This document shows positions 19,396 to 29,153 of a stretch of 50,659 nucleotides of DNA, one piece after another. The stretch covers positions 1 to 50,659 of the forward strand of contig JAADGS010000057.1 in the NCBI GenBank assembly GCA_013152275.1, written 5' to 3'. Position 1 is the stretch's first letter. Each line of letters opens with the position of its first letter. Origin of the DNA: Actinomycetota bacterium (GTDB taxonomy: Bacteria > Actinomycetota > Acidimicrobiia > Spongiisociales > UBA4744). The position numbers were made by a program, and so were the translations under genes. A model generated the notes under the pieces. The model was given only the letters and a program-made list of their open reading frames with translations. It was not told the origin of the DNA and ran no database searches.

Positions 19396-20847
19396 CTAGC
19401 GGCGGAGAGTTTCGACTGCGCCTTGGAGCCGACTGCCGTATTCGGGATCGGCGTTGCGGAAGTGTGACACCGCCCTCTCGACGATCTCGTCCTTGGAGAC
19501 CTGCGAAAGGCTCCCTGCGATCGAATCGATGAGACGCTGTTGCGCGGCGGCGTCCATCAGGCGATACAGGGCTCCGGCCTGCTCGAAGTCGTCGGACTCG
19601 CGGTCATCCCACTCGTAGGTACCGGTCACGCCGCCTACGTCGATGCCTGCGTAGTGCGCCTCATCGCTTTGGATCGGGCCGTCGAAGCTGTTCGGCTCGT
19701 AGTTCTTCTGGCGGCCGGCGTTGTCGTCGAACCGCATGAACCCGTCCCGGCCGTAGTTGTCGGCGGTGGCGGCGTGAGGGCTGTTCACCGGGAGCCGGGT
19801 GTGGTTGACACCGAGGCGGTACCGGTGTGCGTCGCCGTAGGCGAACAGCCGACCTTGCAGCATCTTGTCGGGTGAAGGCCCGATACCGGGAACGAAGTTT
19901 CCCGGGTTGAATCCGCTCTGCTCCACCTGCGCAAAGTAGTTGTCCGGGTTGCGGTCGAGCACGAGCTTGCCCACCTCGATCAGCGGGTAGTCGGCGTGCA
20001 GCCACACTTTCGTCACGTCGAACGGGTTGACCCCGTATGTCTCGGCGTCCTCGAACGGCATGATCTGCACGTTGAGGGTCCAGGACGGGAAGTCACCATC
20101 GTCGATCGAGGTGATCAGGTCGGTGGTGTGCGATTCGGGGTTCTCTCCCGCCACCTGGGTTGCTTCGTCGTCGGTGAGGCATGCGATGCCCTGATCCGTC
20201 TTGAAGTGGTACTTGACCCACACGCCGTCCCCCGCTGCGTTCACCCACTGGAACGTGTGCGATCCGTACCCGTTCATGTGACGGTATGAAGCGGGGATCC
20301 CGCGATCGCCGAACAGCCAGGTGAACATGTGGGTCGCCTCGGGCGACAACCCGAAGAAATCCCAGACGTTGTCCGGCTCCTGCTTGTTCGTATAGGGATC
20401 GGCCTTCTGGGAGTGGATGAAGTCGGGAAACTTCAGAGCATCGTGGAGGAAGAAGATCGGCGTGTTGTTGCCGACGAGGTCGTAGTTGCCGTCCTTGGTG
20501 TAGAACTTGACGGCGAACCCTCGCGGGTCACGAACGGCCTCAGGCGCGCCGCGACCGCCGGCCACCGTGGAGAACCGGACGAGCACCTCCGTCTTCTTCC
20601 CGACCTCGGAAAGGAAATCGGCACGGGTCCATTGCGTGACATCCTGTGTGACCTCGAAGTGGCCGAACGCTCCCGAGCCGCGAGCGTGGACGACACGCTC
20701 GGGAATCCGCTCCCGATTGAAGCGGGCGAGCTTCTCGATCAGATGGTGGTCCTGTATCAGTACCGGACCGTCCGGCCCGGCGGTCTGAGAGTTCTGGTTG
20801 TCGGCGACCGGTGCGCCGGATTCTGTCGTGAGACGGCGAGGGGTCAT
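19396..20847 (-). CDS. katA: Monofunctional heme catalase (small subunit)
   Basis: [50 protein letters not shown]. Confidence 0.97.
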   Translation of the reverse strand: MTPRRLTTESGAPVADNQNSQTAGPDGPVLIQDHHLIEKLARFNRERIPERVVHARGSGAFGHFEVTQDVTQWTRADFLSEVGKKTEVLVRFSTVAGGRGAPEAVRDPRGFAVKFYTKDGNYDLVGNNTPIFFLHDALKFPDFIHSQKADPYTNKQEPDNVWDFFGLSPEATHMFTWLFGDRGIPASYRHMNGYGSHTFQWVNAAGDGVWVKYHFKTDQGIACLTDDEATQVAGENPESHTTDLITSIDDGDFPSWTLNVQIMPFEDAETYGVNPFDVTKVWLHADYPLIEVGKLVLDRNPDNYFAQVEQSGFNPGNFVPGIGPSPDKMLQGRLFAYGDAHRYRLGVNHTRLPVNSPHAATADNYGRDGFMRFDDNAGRQKNYEPNSFDGPIQSDEAHYAGIDVGGVTGTYEWDDRESDDFEQAGALYRLMDAAAQQRLIDSIAGSLSQVSKDEIVERAVSHFRNADPEYGSRLQGAVETLRR

Positions 20848-21117
20848 GTGGATCTCCCTTTCTGGTTCGGACATCGGCTCGAGAGAATCGAAGCTTCGTC
20901 ACCCCGGCAGGCCATCGGCCATGTCGCTGGAGCATCGACTTCACACACTAGGACGCTGTTGATCTAATGCCCGTGGCGGTCGCGATCATGAGCGTCTCGT
21001 GTCGGATTGCGCCACATACGGCAAGAGTTTGCTGCGAATCGTGAGTTGTCGGATGCGGCGGCGTCGTGTCGCCGGTGTGCGTTCTCGACCGATCGGATCG
21101 CTCAGGATTGCGTCTCG

Positions 21118-21365
21118 GAGTTGTGTCCACGGACGTCGTGTCAGCGGCCCGTTGAGGGTGCGTCCTTTGGGTGATCACCGCACTGGTCCCACAGGGGCGC
21201 GTAACCGGCCGTGTGAGGTCTGTGGTGACCAACGACAGGGTGGCCTGTGGGTGAAGAGCGAGCAGTTCGAGAGTGGCGGGAATGATGTGTTGCGCGAGAT
21301 GGTGCGCAGTTTCGCCGGGGGCTTGATGTCAGTCGAGGCCAATGCGGTGTGTGACGCGCCTCATG
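21118..21365 (+). mobile_element. IS256-family remnant (left end plus transposase N-terminal fragment)
   Basis: Translation DVLREMVRSFAGGLMSVEANAVCDAP resembles actinobacterial IS256 transposase N-termini; terminus-like gagttgtgtccacggacgtcgtgt upstream; truncated. Confidence 0.65.
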
Positions 21366-22000
21366 CCTTCCAGGTTGTACACGGTGTTCTCTCAGGGCAA
21401 GGAATGCGCCGGTGTGTGAGAAGATGTCCCCGGTAAAGCAGCCGCCAGGGCTTCCGTCCGGCAGCGACGACACGGTGGGTCGGAGGGCAGTTCGAGGCGA
21501 GCGCCATCGCCGTCACCAGGAGTCTGGATCCCACATTTCTGGCACCTTGGCCGGCAACGTTCGTGGTGTCGAGAGACTACTCGGGTTGTCGTTGACGAAG
21601 ATGTCAAGGGTCACCGAGCCGGCCTCGTCTCTTCGCTCGACTGCCTGCCGCCGGGACGATCGCCTATCAGCGTGGCGGGTTTTGCGATCCCCGACGCACC
21701 CGACGGACCGCATCGCGATCTTTCCGGAGCGTTTCCTCGCTGGTATCCTGAATTCGAGGTGATGAGGCCCGCCTAGATGCCGCGCAGCGGCTGATGGCTT
21801 CTAACGGACGACTGTTTGGAAGCTGATGGCGAGCGATAACCACCTCGGACCCGATTCGATATCCCTGATAGCTGCTGCACCGGGTCGGCGCGTCGTCGTG
21901 GCGGCGAAGCCTTGCACCTGGTTGTGCGACGGAGATCTTCGGTCGCCCGTCGACGTTGCTCTCATCCCTTCGGCATCTCTCGAGAAGGACGGTTCGCCAG

Positions 22001-23533
22001 GTGCAGTTTCATAGCATTCTCTTTGAGCAGCCTGCGGACCGTGTCGACGGCGATGCGCAAGATGTGCCCTCGTCCTTCCGAGACTTGAACCTCGATCAGG
22101 TCCTGGAGTCGATGGTCGAGGGTCGGGAGGAGTATCGCCTGGAAGCGTTCTTCTACTCGCCGCTGACCGCCGCCGAGCCTGTGCTCTATCGGCACGAAAC
22201 TCTGCAGGATCTCGAGAAGAAAGAGATCCTCGACTCCGTTACAGACTTCTCCGAGAGCATGCGGAGGGTGCGAGCCCATCTGGGTCGGGCTGCAAAGCTG
22301 CGCCACAAGTACGAGACGGAGCGCTGGTTTCTGGACGCGGCCGAAACGTATCTGGCCGCCGTGAACACCTTGAAAGAGAAACTCGCGCTCTGCGAGCTCG
22401 GCTCCCGCGCCTTGATGGGGCTCCACGAGTATCTGGAAGCCTATGTCCTTTCGCCTTACTTTTCGTCGTTCGCAGCCGAGACGCAGAAGGTGAAGGACGA
22501 GCTCGCTTCGGTCGTGTACCGCGTCCATATCAGGGGGAGTCGCGTCGAAGTCAGTCCCTACGGCGGCGAGCCGGATTACACACCCGAGGTGGAGCAGACA
22601 TTCGCGAAATTCCGGCAGGGCGATGTCGAGGACTACACGGTCAGATTTGTGGACAGGGCCGGGATGAACCACATCGAAGCGCAGATCCTCGACCTGGTCG
22701 CCCGGCTGAATCCAGCTGTTTTCGGGGCTCTCGACGACTACTGCGTTCGCCATGAAACGTTCCTGGACGACACGATCGTTCGATTCGAGCGAGAGGTCCA
22801 GTTCTACGTGGCGTATCTGGAGTTCATCGAGCGCTTCAAGGCGGCGGGATTGCCTTTCTGCTATCCGCAGGTGTCTTCCCGATCGAAAGATATCAGCGTC
22901 CGTGGGGCGTTCGATGTGGCACTGGCCAACACGCTCGTGCCTGGTGAGCGGGTGGTGTGCAACGACTTTCACCTCGAGGGGACCGAGCGAATCTTGGTGG
23001 TAACCGGGGCCAACCAGGGCGGCAAGACGACATTCGCCCGAATGTTCGGCCAGTTGCACTATCTGGCGAGTCTGGGTTACCCCGTACCGGGTAGTGAGGC
23101 GCGTCTCTTCTTGCCGGACCAGATCTTGACGCACTTCGAGCGGGAGGAGGATATCGAGACCTTGCAGGGGAGGCTGGAGAGCGACCTCGTGAGGATTCGT
23201 GACATTCTTCAACGAGCCACGAGCAGCAGCGTCGTGATCATGAACGAGTTGTTCAGTTCCACCACCGTGAAGGATGCGCTGGTCCTTATTGCGGCAGTGA
23301 TGAGCCAGATCATGGAACTCGGCGTCCTGGGCGTGTGTGTCACGTTCTTGGACGAGATCGCTTCTCTCGGCGAGAGCACGGTCAGCATGGTGAGCATGGT
23401 GGATGCCGAGGATCCGTCGGTGCGCACGTACAAAGTTGTCAGACGGCCTGCCGATGGACGCGCCTACGCCGTGGCGCTTGCCGCGAAGTACGGGCTGACC
23501 TACCCGCAGCTGAGAGGGCACGTGACATCGTGA
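22001..23533 (+). CDS. MutS-family ATPase A (domain V; MutS4-like)
   Basis: TGANQGGKTT Walker A, ILTHFERE, VIMNELFSST, VTFLDE; GTG start after GAAGGA. Confidence 0.88.
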   Translation: MQFHSILFEQPADRVDGDAQDVPSSFRDLNLDQVLESMVEGREEYRLEAFFYSPLTAAEPVLYRHETLQDLEKKEILDSVTDFSESMRRVRAHLGRAAKLRHKYETERWFLDAAETYLAAVNTLKEKLALCELGSRALMGLHEYLEAYVLSPYFSSFAAETQKVKDELASVVYRVHIRGSRVEVSPYGGEPDYTPEVEQTFAKFRQGDVEDYTVRFVDRAGMNHIEAQILDLVARLNPAVFGALDDYCVRHETFLDDTIVRFEREVQFYVAYLEFIERFKAAGLPFCYPQVSSRSKDISVRGAFDVALANTLVPGERVVCNDFHLEGTERILVVTGANQGGKTTFARMFGQLHYLASLGYPVPGSEARLFLPDQILTHFEREEDIETLQGRLESDLVRIRDILQRATSSSVVIMNELFSSTTVKDALVLIAAVMSQIMELGVLGVCVTFLDEIASLGESTVSMVSMVDAEDPSVRTYKVVRRPADGRAYAVALAAKYGLTYPQLRGHVTS

Positions 23534-25041
23534 AGGTCTACCTCATGCACAGGGATCAAGACTTCGACGCGCAAGCGGAGTTTCCGTCGAACGCGGAGGA
23601 CCTGTCGCAAGATCTCGGGTTGGACACGCTGTTCGATGCCATGGCCGGCGACGACTCTTTTGTGCTCGGTATTGTGAAGAGGGCCATCTTGTCGAGCCTC
23701 GTCGATCCGGATGCGATTGTCTACCGGCAGGACGTCCTGAGAGATTGTCTGAACCATCCCTCGGTCGTGAGGGAGCTTTACGACGTCGCCGTGGGCGTGA
23801 TCGAGGCCGAGAGGAAGGTCTTTTGGGGTCTGTCCAGGGATTCGCCCGAGAGGATTCTTGCGAGATCTCTGCGCGTGCTCCAGGTCCTCACCAGTTCGCT
23901 CAAGAGACTGAGAGAGATTGCGGATCAGCACGGGGAAGAGTTCCGGTCCGAAGGTTTTGTGCGGTTCTTCGGGATGCTCGAGGCCGAGTTGACGGACGAG
24001 TACCTGAACACCGTCGATTTTCATCTGCGCGAGCTGACGTTTCCACGCGGCGTTCTGATCAGCGCCAAACTCGGCCAGGGAAACGTGGGTACTCACTACG
24101 TGCTCCGACAACCGTCGAAACAGAGTTGGACCGAGTGGCTCTTCGGTGGACACAACCGCTCCAAGTTCAGTTTCGTCATTCCTGAGAGAGACGACAACGG
24201 CTTCAAAGCTCTGGCGGAGCTGACGAACAAGGGGATCAATCGTGTCGCCGGCGCGGTTGCACAGTCGGCAGATCACGTCCACAGCTTTGTTGCCGTGTTG
24301 CGTGACGAACTGGCTTTCTACATCGGTTGTCTCAACCTGCACGAGGAGCTCTCCAAGAAGGAGGAGCCAACGTGTTTTCCGGTTCCCGTACGCTCGGAGG
24401 AGGTCGCGTTCACCACTCGGGGCCTGTACGACATTTGTCTGGCGCTGAATGTGGAAGCGAGAGTGATTGGCAACGATGTGAACGGGGACGGTGAGTCGCT
24501 CGTGATGATCACCGGCGCCAATCAAGGCGGGAAATCGACGTTCTTGAGGAGTGCAGGTCTCGCGCAGCTGATGATGGGTTGCGGCATGTTCGCCCCTGCG
24601 GAGCAACTTCGTATCAGCGTCTCTGCCGGCGTCTTCACGCACTTCGAACGGGAAGAGGATCCGACCATGAGGAGAGGCAAGCTCGAGGAAGAGCTCGAAA
24701 GGATGGAGAAGATCGCCGAGGCGATCACGCCAAGCAGCCTCTTGTTGTGCAATGAGTCGTTCGCCTCGACAAACGAGAGGGAAGGCTCGGAGATCGCGCG
24801 CCAGATCGTACGTGCCCTGTTGGAAAGGGGCGTCAGGATCTTCTTCGTGACCCACATGTTCGACTTGGCGGAGGGTTTCCAACGCCTCGAGGCCGACACC
24901 GCCTTGTTCCTCCGCGCCGAGAGAATGCAGGATGGTCGGCGAACCTTCAGGATGATCGAAGGTGAGCCCCTACCGACGAGCTACGGCGAAGACCTGTATC
25001 GGCGCATCTTCGGCACGTCTCCGAGTGCCGCCGGGGGGTAG
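23530..25041 (+). CDS. MutS-family ATPase B (domain V; MutS4-like)
   Basis: TGANQGGKST, VFTHFERE, LCNESFAST, FVTHM, PLPTSYG; GTGA overlap with gene A. Confidence 0.88.
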   Translation: MKVYLMHRDQDFDAQAEFPSNAEDLSQDLGLDTLFDAMAGDDSFVLGIVKRAILSSLVDPDAIVYRQDVLRDCLNHPSVVRELYDVAVGVIEAERKVFWGLSRDSPERILARSLRVLQVLTSSLKRLREIADQHGEEFRSEGFVRFFGMLEAELTDEYLNTVDFHLRELTFPRGVLISAKLGQGNVGTHYVLRQPSKQSWTEWLFGGHNRSKFSFVIPERDDNGFKALAELTNKGINRVAGAVAQSADHVHSFVAVLRDELAFYIGCLNLHEELSKKEEPTCFPVPVRSEEVAFTTRGLYDICLALNVEARVIGNDVNGDGESLVMITGANQGGKSTFLRSAGLAQLMMGCGMFAPAEQLRISVSAGVFTHFEREEDPTMRRGKLEEELERMEKIAEAITPSSLLLCNESFASTNEREGSEIARQIVRALLERGVRIFFVTHMFDLAEGFQRLEADTALFLRAERMQDGRRTFRMIEGEPLPTSYGEDLYRRIFGTSPSAAGG

Positions 25042-25113
25042 GTCAGGTCAGGGTGCCGCGACCAAGGGAACCGTGCACCCTCGAGAAACAGGCGGCACAG
25101 GAACAATGCAGAC

Positions 25114-25153
25114 TGTACATAGATGTCAATTACATATATACTCTACATGTAAT
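25114..25153 (+). promoter_or_regulatory. AT-rich promoter with inverted repeat, probable PadR operator
   Basis: ATTACAT (25129-35) and ATGTAAT (25147-53) flank a TATACT -10 (25137-42) and overlap the ATG. Confidence 0.6.
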
Positions 25154-25526
25154 GCGACGTGGACCTCATCATGGACATCCGGGGCATGGTCACGGACCGG
25201 GCCCTCGGGGTGGCAGGCTTCTCGATGCGGGGCTGCTCCTGCTCATATCGAGAGGCACGTCCCACGGGTACCCGCTGATCGAGGCGATCAGGGAGGATCT
25301 CGGTCTCGACGTTCCCGATGTTGGGGCCGTCTACAGAGCATTACGCCGCCAGGAATCCCAAGGGCTGCTCACCTCGACTTGGGAGACGGGTGCGACGCGA
25401 CCCAGGCGCGTGTACACGATCACACCGGCAGGTCGAGAGGTTCTCGAGATCTGGATGCAGGGTGTAGAGGAGATGCGTGAGGCCTTGGAGCGACTTCTCC
25501 AGGCCTGGAAAGGAGACAAGCAATGA
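25152..25526 (+). CDS. PadR-family transcriptional regulator
   Basis: SHGYPLI...GAVYRALRRQE...GLLTSTW...RRVYTITPAG. Confidence 0.92.
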   Translation: MRRGPHHGHPGHGHGPGPRGGRLLDAGLLLLISRGTSHGYPLIEAIREDLGLDVPDVGAVYRALRRQESQGLLTSTWETGATRPRRVYTITPAGREVLEIWMQGVEEMREALERLLQAWKGDKQ

Positions 25527-25789
25527 GATATCGAAGGATGAGACGCTTCGGCGGTCCCCGCATGTGTTGCGCGTACGGTCCCGGGATGGGATACGGGCGC
25601 TCCATGGCCTTCGGCTCCGGTCCCCACGGTCACCGGCACGGCGATTGTCGCGGCGGGTGGGGGTACGGCCCGTGGGTCGAAGATGACCCCGAAGTCCAGG
25701 AAGAAGACATGCGGACCTACGTGGCCGACCTCGAGGCCGTCGTCAAAGGGCTCCAGGACGAGATTCGAGACCTGAAGTCCAGGGTCTGA
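25523..25789 (+). CDS. Small Gly/aromatic-rich protein with C-terminal coiled coil (DUF5320-like)
   Basis: GPGMGYGR...GGWGYGPW, then LEAVVKGLQDEIRDL; ATGA-coupled to PadR with AAGGAG RBS. Confidence 0.7.
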   Translation: MRYRRMRRFGGPRMCCAYGPGMGYGRSMAFGSGPHGHRHGDCRGGWGYGPWVEDDPEVQEEDMRTYVADLEAVVKGLQDEIRDLKSRV

Positions 25790-25865
25790 TCGTATCGATG
25801 CGTGACGGCCGGGTCGCCGACCCGACCGTCACGCTCATGGCCGGTTCACTAGGCTCGATTGGGCG

Positions 25866-26744
25866 ATGAGTGACGACGGCACCCAGGAGTCCGCAGCGCA
25901 GCAAAGGGTCGATCATCCGATCCTCAACCAGCAGCGTCTCGGCGGTGACGAGGCTCGACAGAGGAAACCGAAGCTGCCCAAGAAGCTCTACGAAAGCGAG
26001 CTCGCGAGGCTGCAGATCGAACTCGTCAAGCTTCAGGAGTGGATCAAGGCCGAGGGCGTGAAGGTCGTCGTCGTGTTCGAGGGCAGGGACGCGGCCGGCA
26101 AGGGCGGGGTCATCAAACGGATCGCCGAACCACTCAACCCCCGCATCTGTCGCATCGAGGCGCTGGGCACTCCGACCGATCGTGAGAAGACCCAATGGTG
26201 GTTCCAGCGATACGTCGCACGCCTGCCTGCCGCCGGGGAGATGGTGCTGTTCGACCGGAGCTGGTACAACCGGGCCCTCGTCGAGCGCGTGATGGGGTTC
26301 TGCACCGAAGATCAGTATCGCGAGTTCCTGAGGACATGCCCAGAATTCGAACGCATGCTGGTGCGCGCCGGCATCATCCTGATCAAGTACTGGTTCTCGG
26401 TGAGCGACGAGGAGCAGGAGCGCCGGTTCCAGAACCGCATGGAGACACCGACCAAGCGCTGGAAGCTGAGCCCGATGGATCTCGAATCACGGTCCCGCTG
26501 GAGCGAGTATTCGATCGCCAAAGACGTGATGTTCAATCACACCGACATCAAGCAGGCACCCTGGTACGTGGTCAACGCCGACGACAAGAGGCGCGCCCGA
26601 CTCAACACGATCACTCATCTGCTCAGCCTCATCCCCTATGAGGACCTTACGCCCGGCCAGATCGAGCTCCCGCCCCGTCAGCCCGACATCGGCTACATCA
26701 GGCCGCCGCTCAGCGAGCAGACGTTCGTGCCGGAGAACTACTGA
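25866..26744 (+). CDS. ppk2: Polyphosphate kinase 2
   Basis: FEGRDAAGKGG, FDRSWYNRA, WKLSPMD, DDKRRARLN. Confidence 0.95.
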   Translation: MSDDGTQESAAQQRVDHPILNQQRLGGDEARQRKPKLPKKLYESELARLQIELVKLQEWIKAEGVKVVVVFEGRDAAGKGGVIKRIAEPLNPRICRIEALGTPTDREKTQWWFQRYVARLPAAGEMVLFDRSWYNRALVERVMGFCTEDQYREFLRTCPEFERMLVRAGIILIKYWFSVSDEEQERRFQNRMETPTKRWKLSPMDLESRSRWSEYSIAKDVMFNHTDIKQAPWYVVNADDKRRARLNTITHLLSLIPYEDLTPGQIELPPRQPDIGYIRPPLSEQTFVPENY

Positions 26745-26780
26745 CCGGGTGTCTGCGGTGACAGCCGATAGTCTCGGAGC

Positions 26781-28577
26781 ATGATCCGGTTCGGTTACTC
26801 GGAACTCCCTGCAAATGGAGACGACGCAGTGTTCCTCGACGGGCTCGTCGCCAAGCGTCACCGGGCGTTCGAATTGGCCTTCATCGAGGAGCTCTCGTGG
26901 AGCGAGCAGCGGTGTCGGCGGTTCGGTGACCTCGCGGCCGAGCGGGATATCCGCCTTTCGATGCATGCTCCGTACTCTGCCGTTCTGACGGTCGCAGACG
27001 AAGAACGCTCGGCGCAGTGCCTGTCCACCATCGAGCGCACGATGAAACTCGCCAAGGCGGCCGGTGCCCGGATCATCTGCGTGCATCTCGGCAACCGTCA
27101 TGGGAGGGACGGGGAGGCGCTCATGGAGTTGGTCTCGGAACGCCTCGAAAGGATCGCTCCGAAGGTCGAGCATCTCGGCGTCGGTCTCGGACTGGAAACC
27201 GCCGGACGCAGCAGCGCCTTCGGAACGCTGGATGACATTGCCTCGCTGGCCTCGAAGTTCTCGTTCGTCCGTCCCTACGTCGACTGGGCGCACCTACACG
27301 CCATCACTCGGGGAGGTCTGGCGGCAAAGGAGGCGTTCCGAGAAGTGCTCGGTTTTCTTCGGGAGCATTTCCCCGGATGGATGATCGACCCGCTGCAGTG
27401 CCAGTTCTCGGAGGTCCGGTTCGGGGAGAAGGGAGAGATTCGTCACGTTCGGTATGGAGAAGGAAGTCTGCGGATCGCCAATCTCGTCGAGGCCGTGCAG
27501 GAGGTGGACATCGGACTGGTCGTCATCTCCGAAGCCCGAGAGCCCGAGAGCACCGACGCGATGGCGCGAGAGCTGCAGCAGATCATGGGGAGACCGGAAC
27601 CGTCCGGCATCGCCAGACGTCTCGGGTCGGGCAGTGTCGAGTTCCCGGTCCCGATCCATGTCGCCCCGTCCGGATCCGGCTTTGCTCCGCTCGGTCTCGC
27701 ACATCCCCTCGTGCTGTCCAAAATCGACAAACCGTTCTTTCCCGACGGGTTCACGAAGGGGGACCTCATCCAATACTACGCGTCGGTCGCCCCGACGCTG
27801 CTGCCCCATCTGGTAGAGCGGGCCATCGTCATGGCGCGCTACCCGGATGGCAGCGAAGGAGAATCGTTCTACGAGAAACAGGCACCCGAGCATCGGCCCG
27901 ACTGGCTCCTGCTCGCCCCCATCTACTCGAAGCATCGTGGAGAGACCATCGAGTTCGTCACCGTCGCGGATCGTGAGGCTCTCATGTGGCTCGCTTCGAT
28001 GGGTTGCATCGAGGTCCATCCATGGCTCAACCGTCTGGGCAATCAAGACCGCCCGGATTTCGCCGTCTTCGATCTCGACCCTTCCGAAGGTGCGACCTGG
28101 GCCCAAGTCGTCGCGGTTGCCAAAGAGCTGAAGGCCACACTCGATCGTCTCGGTCTCGTCGGGCATCTGAAGACGTCTGGGGCCACCGGTCTGCACATCT
28201 ACGTTCCGCTCGACCCCGTGCACGACTATCGGCGGGTGCGAACGTTCGTCGGGACGGTCGGCCGATTGCTGCAGTCGGCGAACCCCGACGACATCACGAT
28301 GGAGTGGCATGTCGCCAAACGGGGGGCCAGGGTGTTCATCGACCACAACCAGAACGCCCCGGGCAAGACGATTGCCTCGGTGTACTCGGTGCGACCCCGC
28401 CGGAGTGCCCCCGTATCGACCCCCATTCTGTGGGAAGAAGTCGACGACGTGCAGCCGGGCGATTTCACGATCGCCACGATCTGGGACCGCCTGCAACGGT
28501 TCGGCGATCTCTTCTCGCCCGTTCTCGCAGGAGGGCAGACGCTCGACGCCGCCGAGGAGGCACTCGGGCTCGGATAG
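26781..28577 (+). CDS. Fusion: endonuclease-IV-like TIM barrel plus LigD-type primase-polymerase (AEP) domain
   Basis: N-terminal HAPY, VHLG, LETAG..FGTLDD, VDWAHLHA, GEKGEIRH, VISE; C-terminal TKGDLIQYY, RYPDG, FYEKQAP, FDLDP, KTSGATGLHIY, FIDHNQNAPGKT, YSVRP. Confidence 0.88.
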   Translation: MIRFGYSELPANGDDAVFLDGLVAKRHRAFELAFIEELSWSEQRCRRFGDLAAERDIRLSMHAPYSAVLTVADEERSAQCLSTIERTMKLAKAAGARIICVHLGNRHGRDGEALMELVSERLERIAPKVEHLGVGLGLETAGRSSAFGTLDDIASLASKFSFVRPYVDWAHLHAITRGGLAAKEAFREVLGFLREHFPGWMIDPLQCQFSEVRFGEKGEIRHVRYGEGSLRIANLVEAVQEVDIGLVVISEAREPESTDAMARELQQIMGRPEPSGIARRLGSGSVEFPVPIHVAPSGSGFAPLGLAHPLVLSKIDKPFFPDGFTKGDLIQYYASVAPTLLPHLVERAIVMARYPDGSEGESFYEKQAPEHRPDWLLLAPIYSKHRGETIEFVTVADREALMWLASMGCIEVHPWLNRLGNQDRPDFAVFDLDPSEGATWAQVVAVAKELKATLDRLGLVGHLKTSGATGLHIYVPLDPVHDYRRVRTFVGTVGRLLQSANPDDITMEWHVAKRGARVFIDHNQNAPGKTIASVYSVRPRRSAPVSTPILWEEVDDVQPGDFTIATIWDRLQRFGDLFSPVLAGGQTLDAAEEALGLG

Positions 28578-28712
28578 CGCACACGGCCGCGGTCGTTCGG
28601 GCCCCACAACCCCGCACCTGACTGGTGTTTTGCGATCTGGGCACGTCGGTCTCCCGACCGGGCAAGGATCGGGGACAGGACGTCGTGTGCTGTGGGCGCT
28701 AGCGTTTCGTGC

Positions 28713-29153
28713 ATGCAGTGGATCGAAACTCATCGCGACGTCGTCTACCCGTGGCAGTGCGATCACATGGGCCACCTCAACGTCATGTTCTACACGGGCA
28801 TGTTCGATCGGGCCACCTGGCACCTCTTCTCGAGTGTCGGGTTCACAGGCGCCTACCTGCGGAAGCGGGATCGTGGGATGGCGGCGGTCCAGTCGACGGT
28901 CTCGTACCGCAGCGAGCTCGTCTCCGGCGACCTGATCGTGATCCGGTCGAGATTCCTCGAAGTTCACGATCGCAAGGTCCGTTTCGAGCATGAGATGACC
29001 AACGTCGAATCTGGTGAGATAGCCGCAACCAACGAGCTCGTCGGAGTGCACATCGATCGTACGGCCCGCAGGGCATGCCCAATCCCCGCAGAGATACGCT
29101 CTTCGGTCGAGAAGCTCATTTCCGGCGAGAGCAGCGAACGCCCCGACCGATGA
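28713..29153 (+). CDS. Acyl-CoA thioesterase (hotdog fold)
   Basis: VYPWQCDHMGHLNVMFY motif. Confidence 0.88.
   Translation: MQWIETHRDVVYPWQCDHMGHLNVMFYTGMFDRATWHLFSSVGFTGAYLRKRDRGMAAVQSTVSYRSELVSGDLIVIRSRFLEVHDRKVRFEHEMTNVESGEIAATNELVGVHIDRTARRACPIPAEIRSSVEKLISGESSERPDR

Noticed and set aside
20948..20970. IS5-like terminal sequence ctaggacgctgttgatcta
   Set aside because: No partner end or transposase found.
21962..24882. Long minus-strand ORFs (519 and 460 aa) opposite the MutS genes; likewise 27294-29198, 30427-31728 and 48302-49801
   Set aside because: Antisense ORFs expected in high-GC coding DNA; no motifs.
26781..28577. Classical NHEJ ligD call
   Set aside because: No ligase or phosphoesterase domain and no ku in the window; only the polymerase domain is present.
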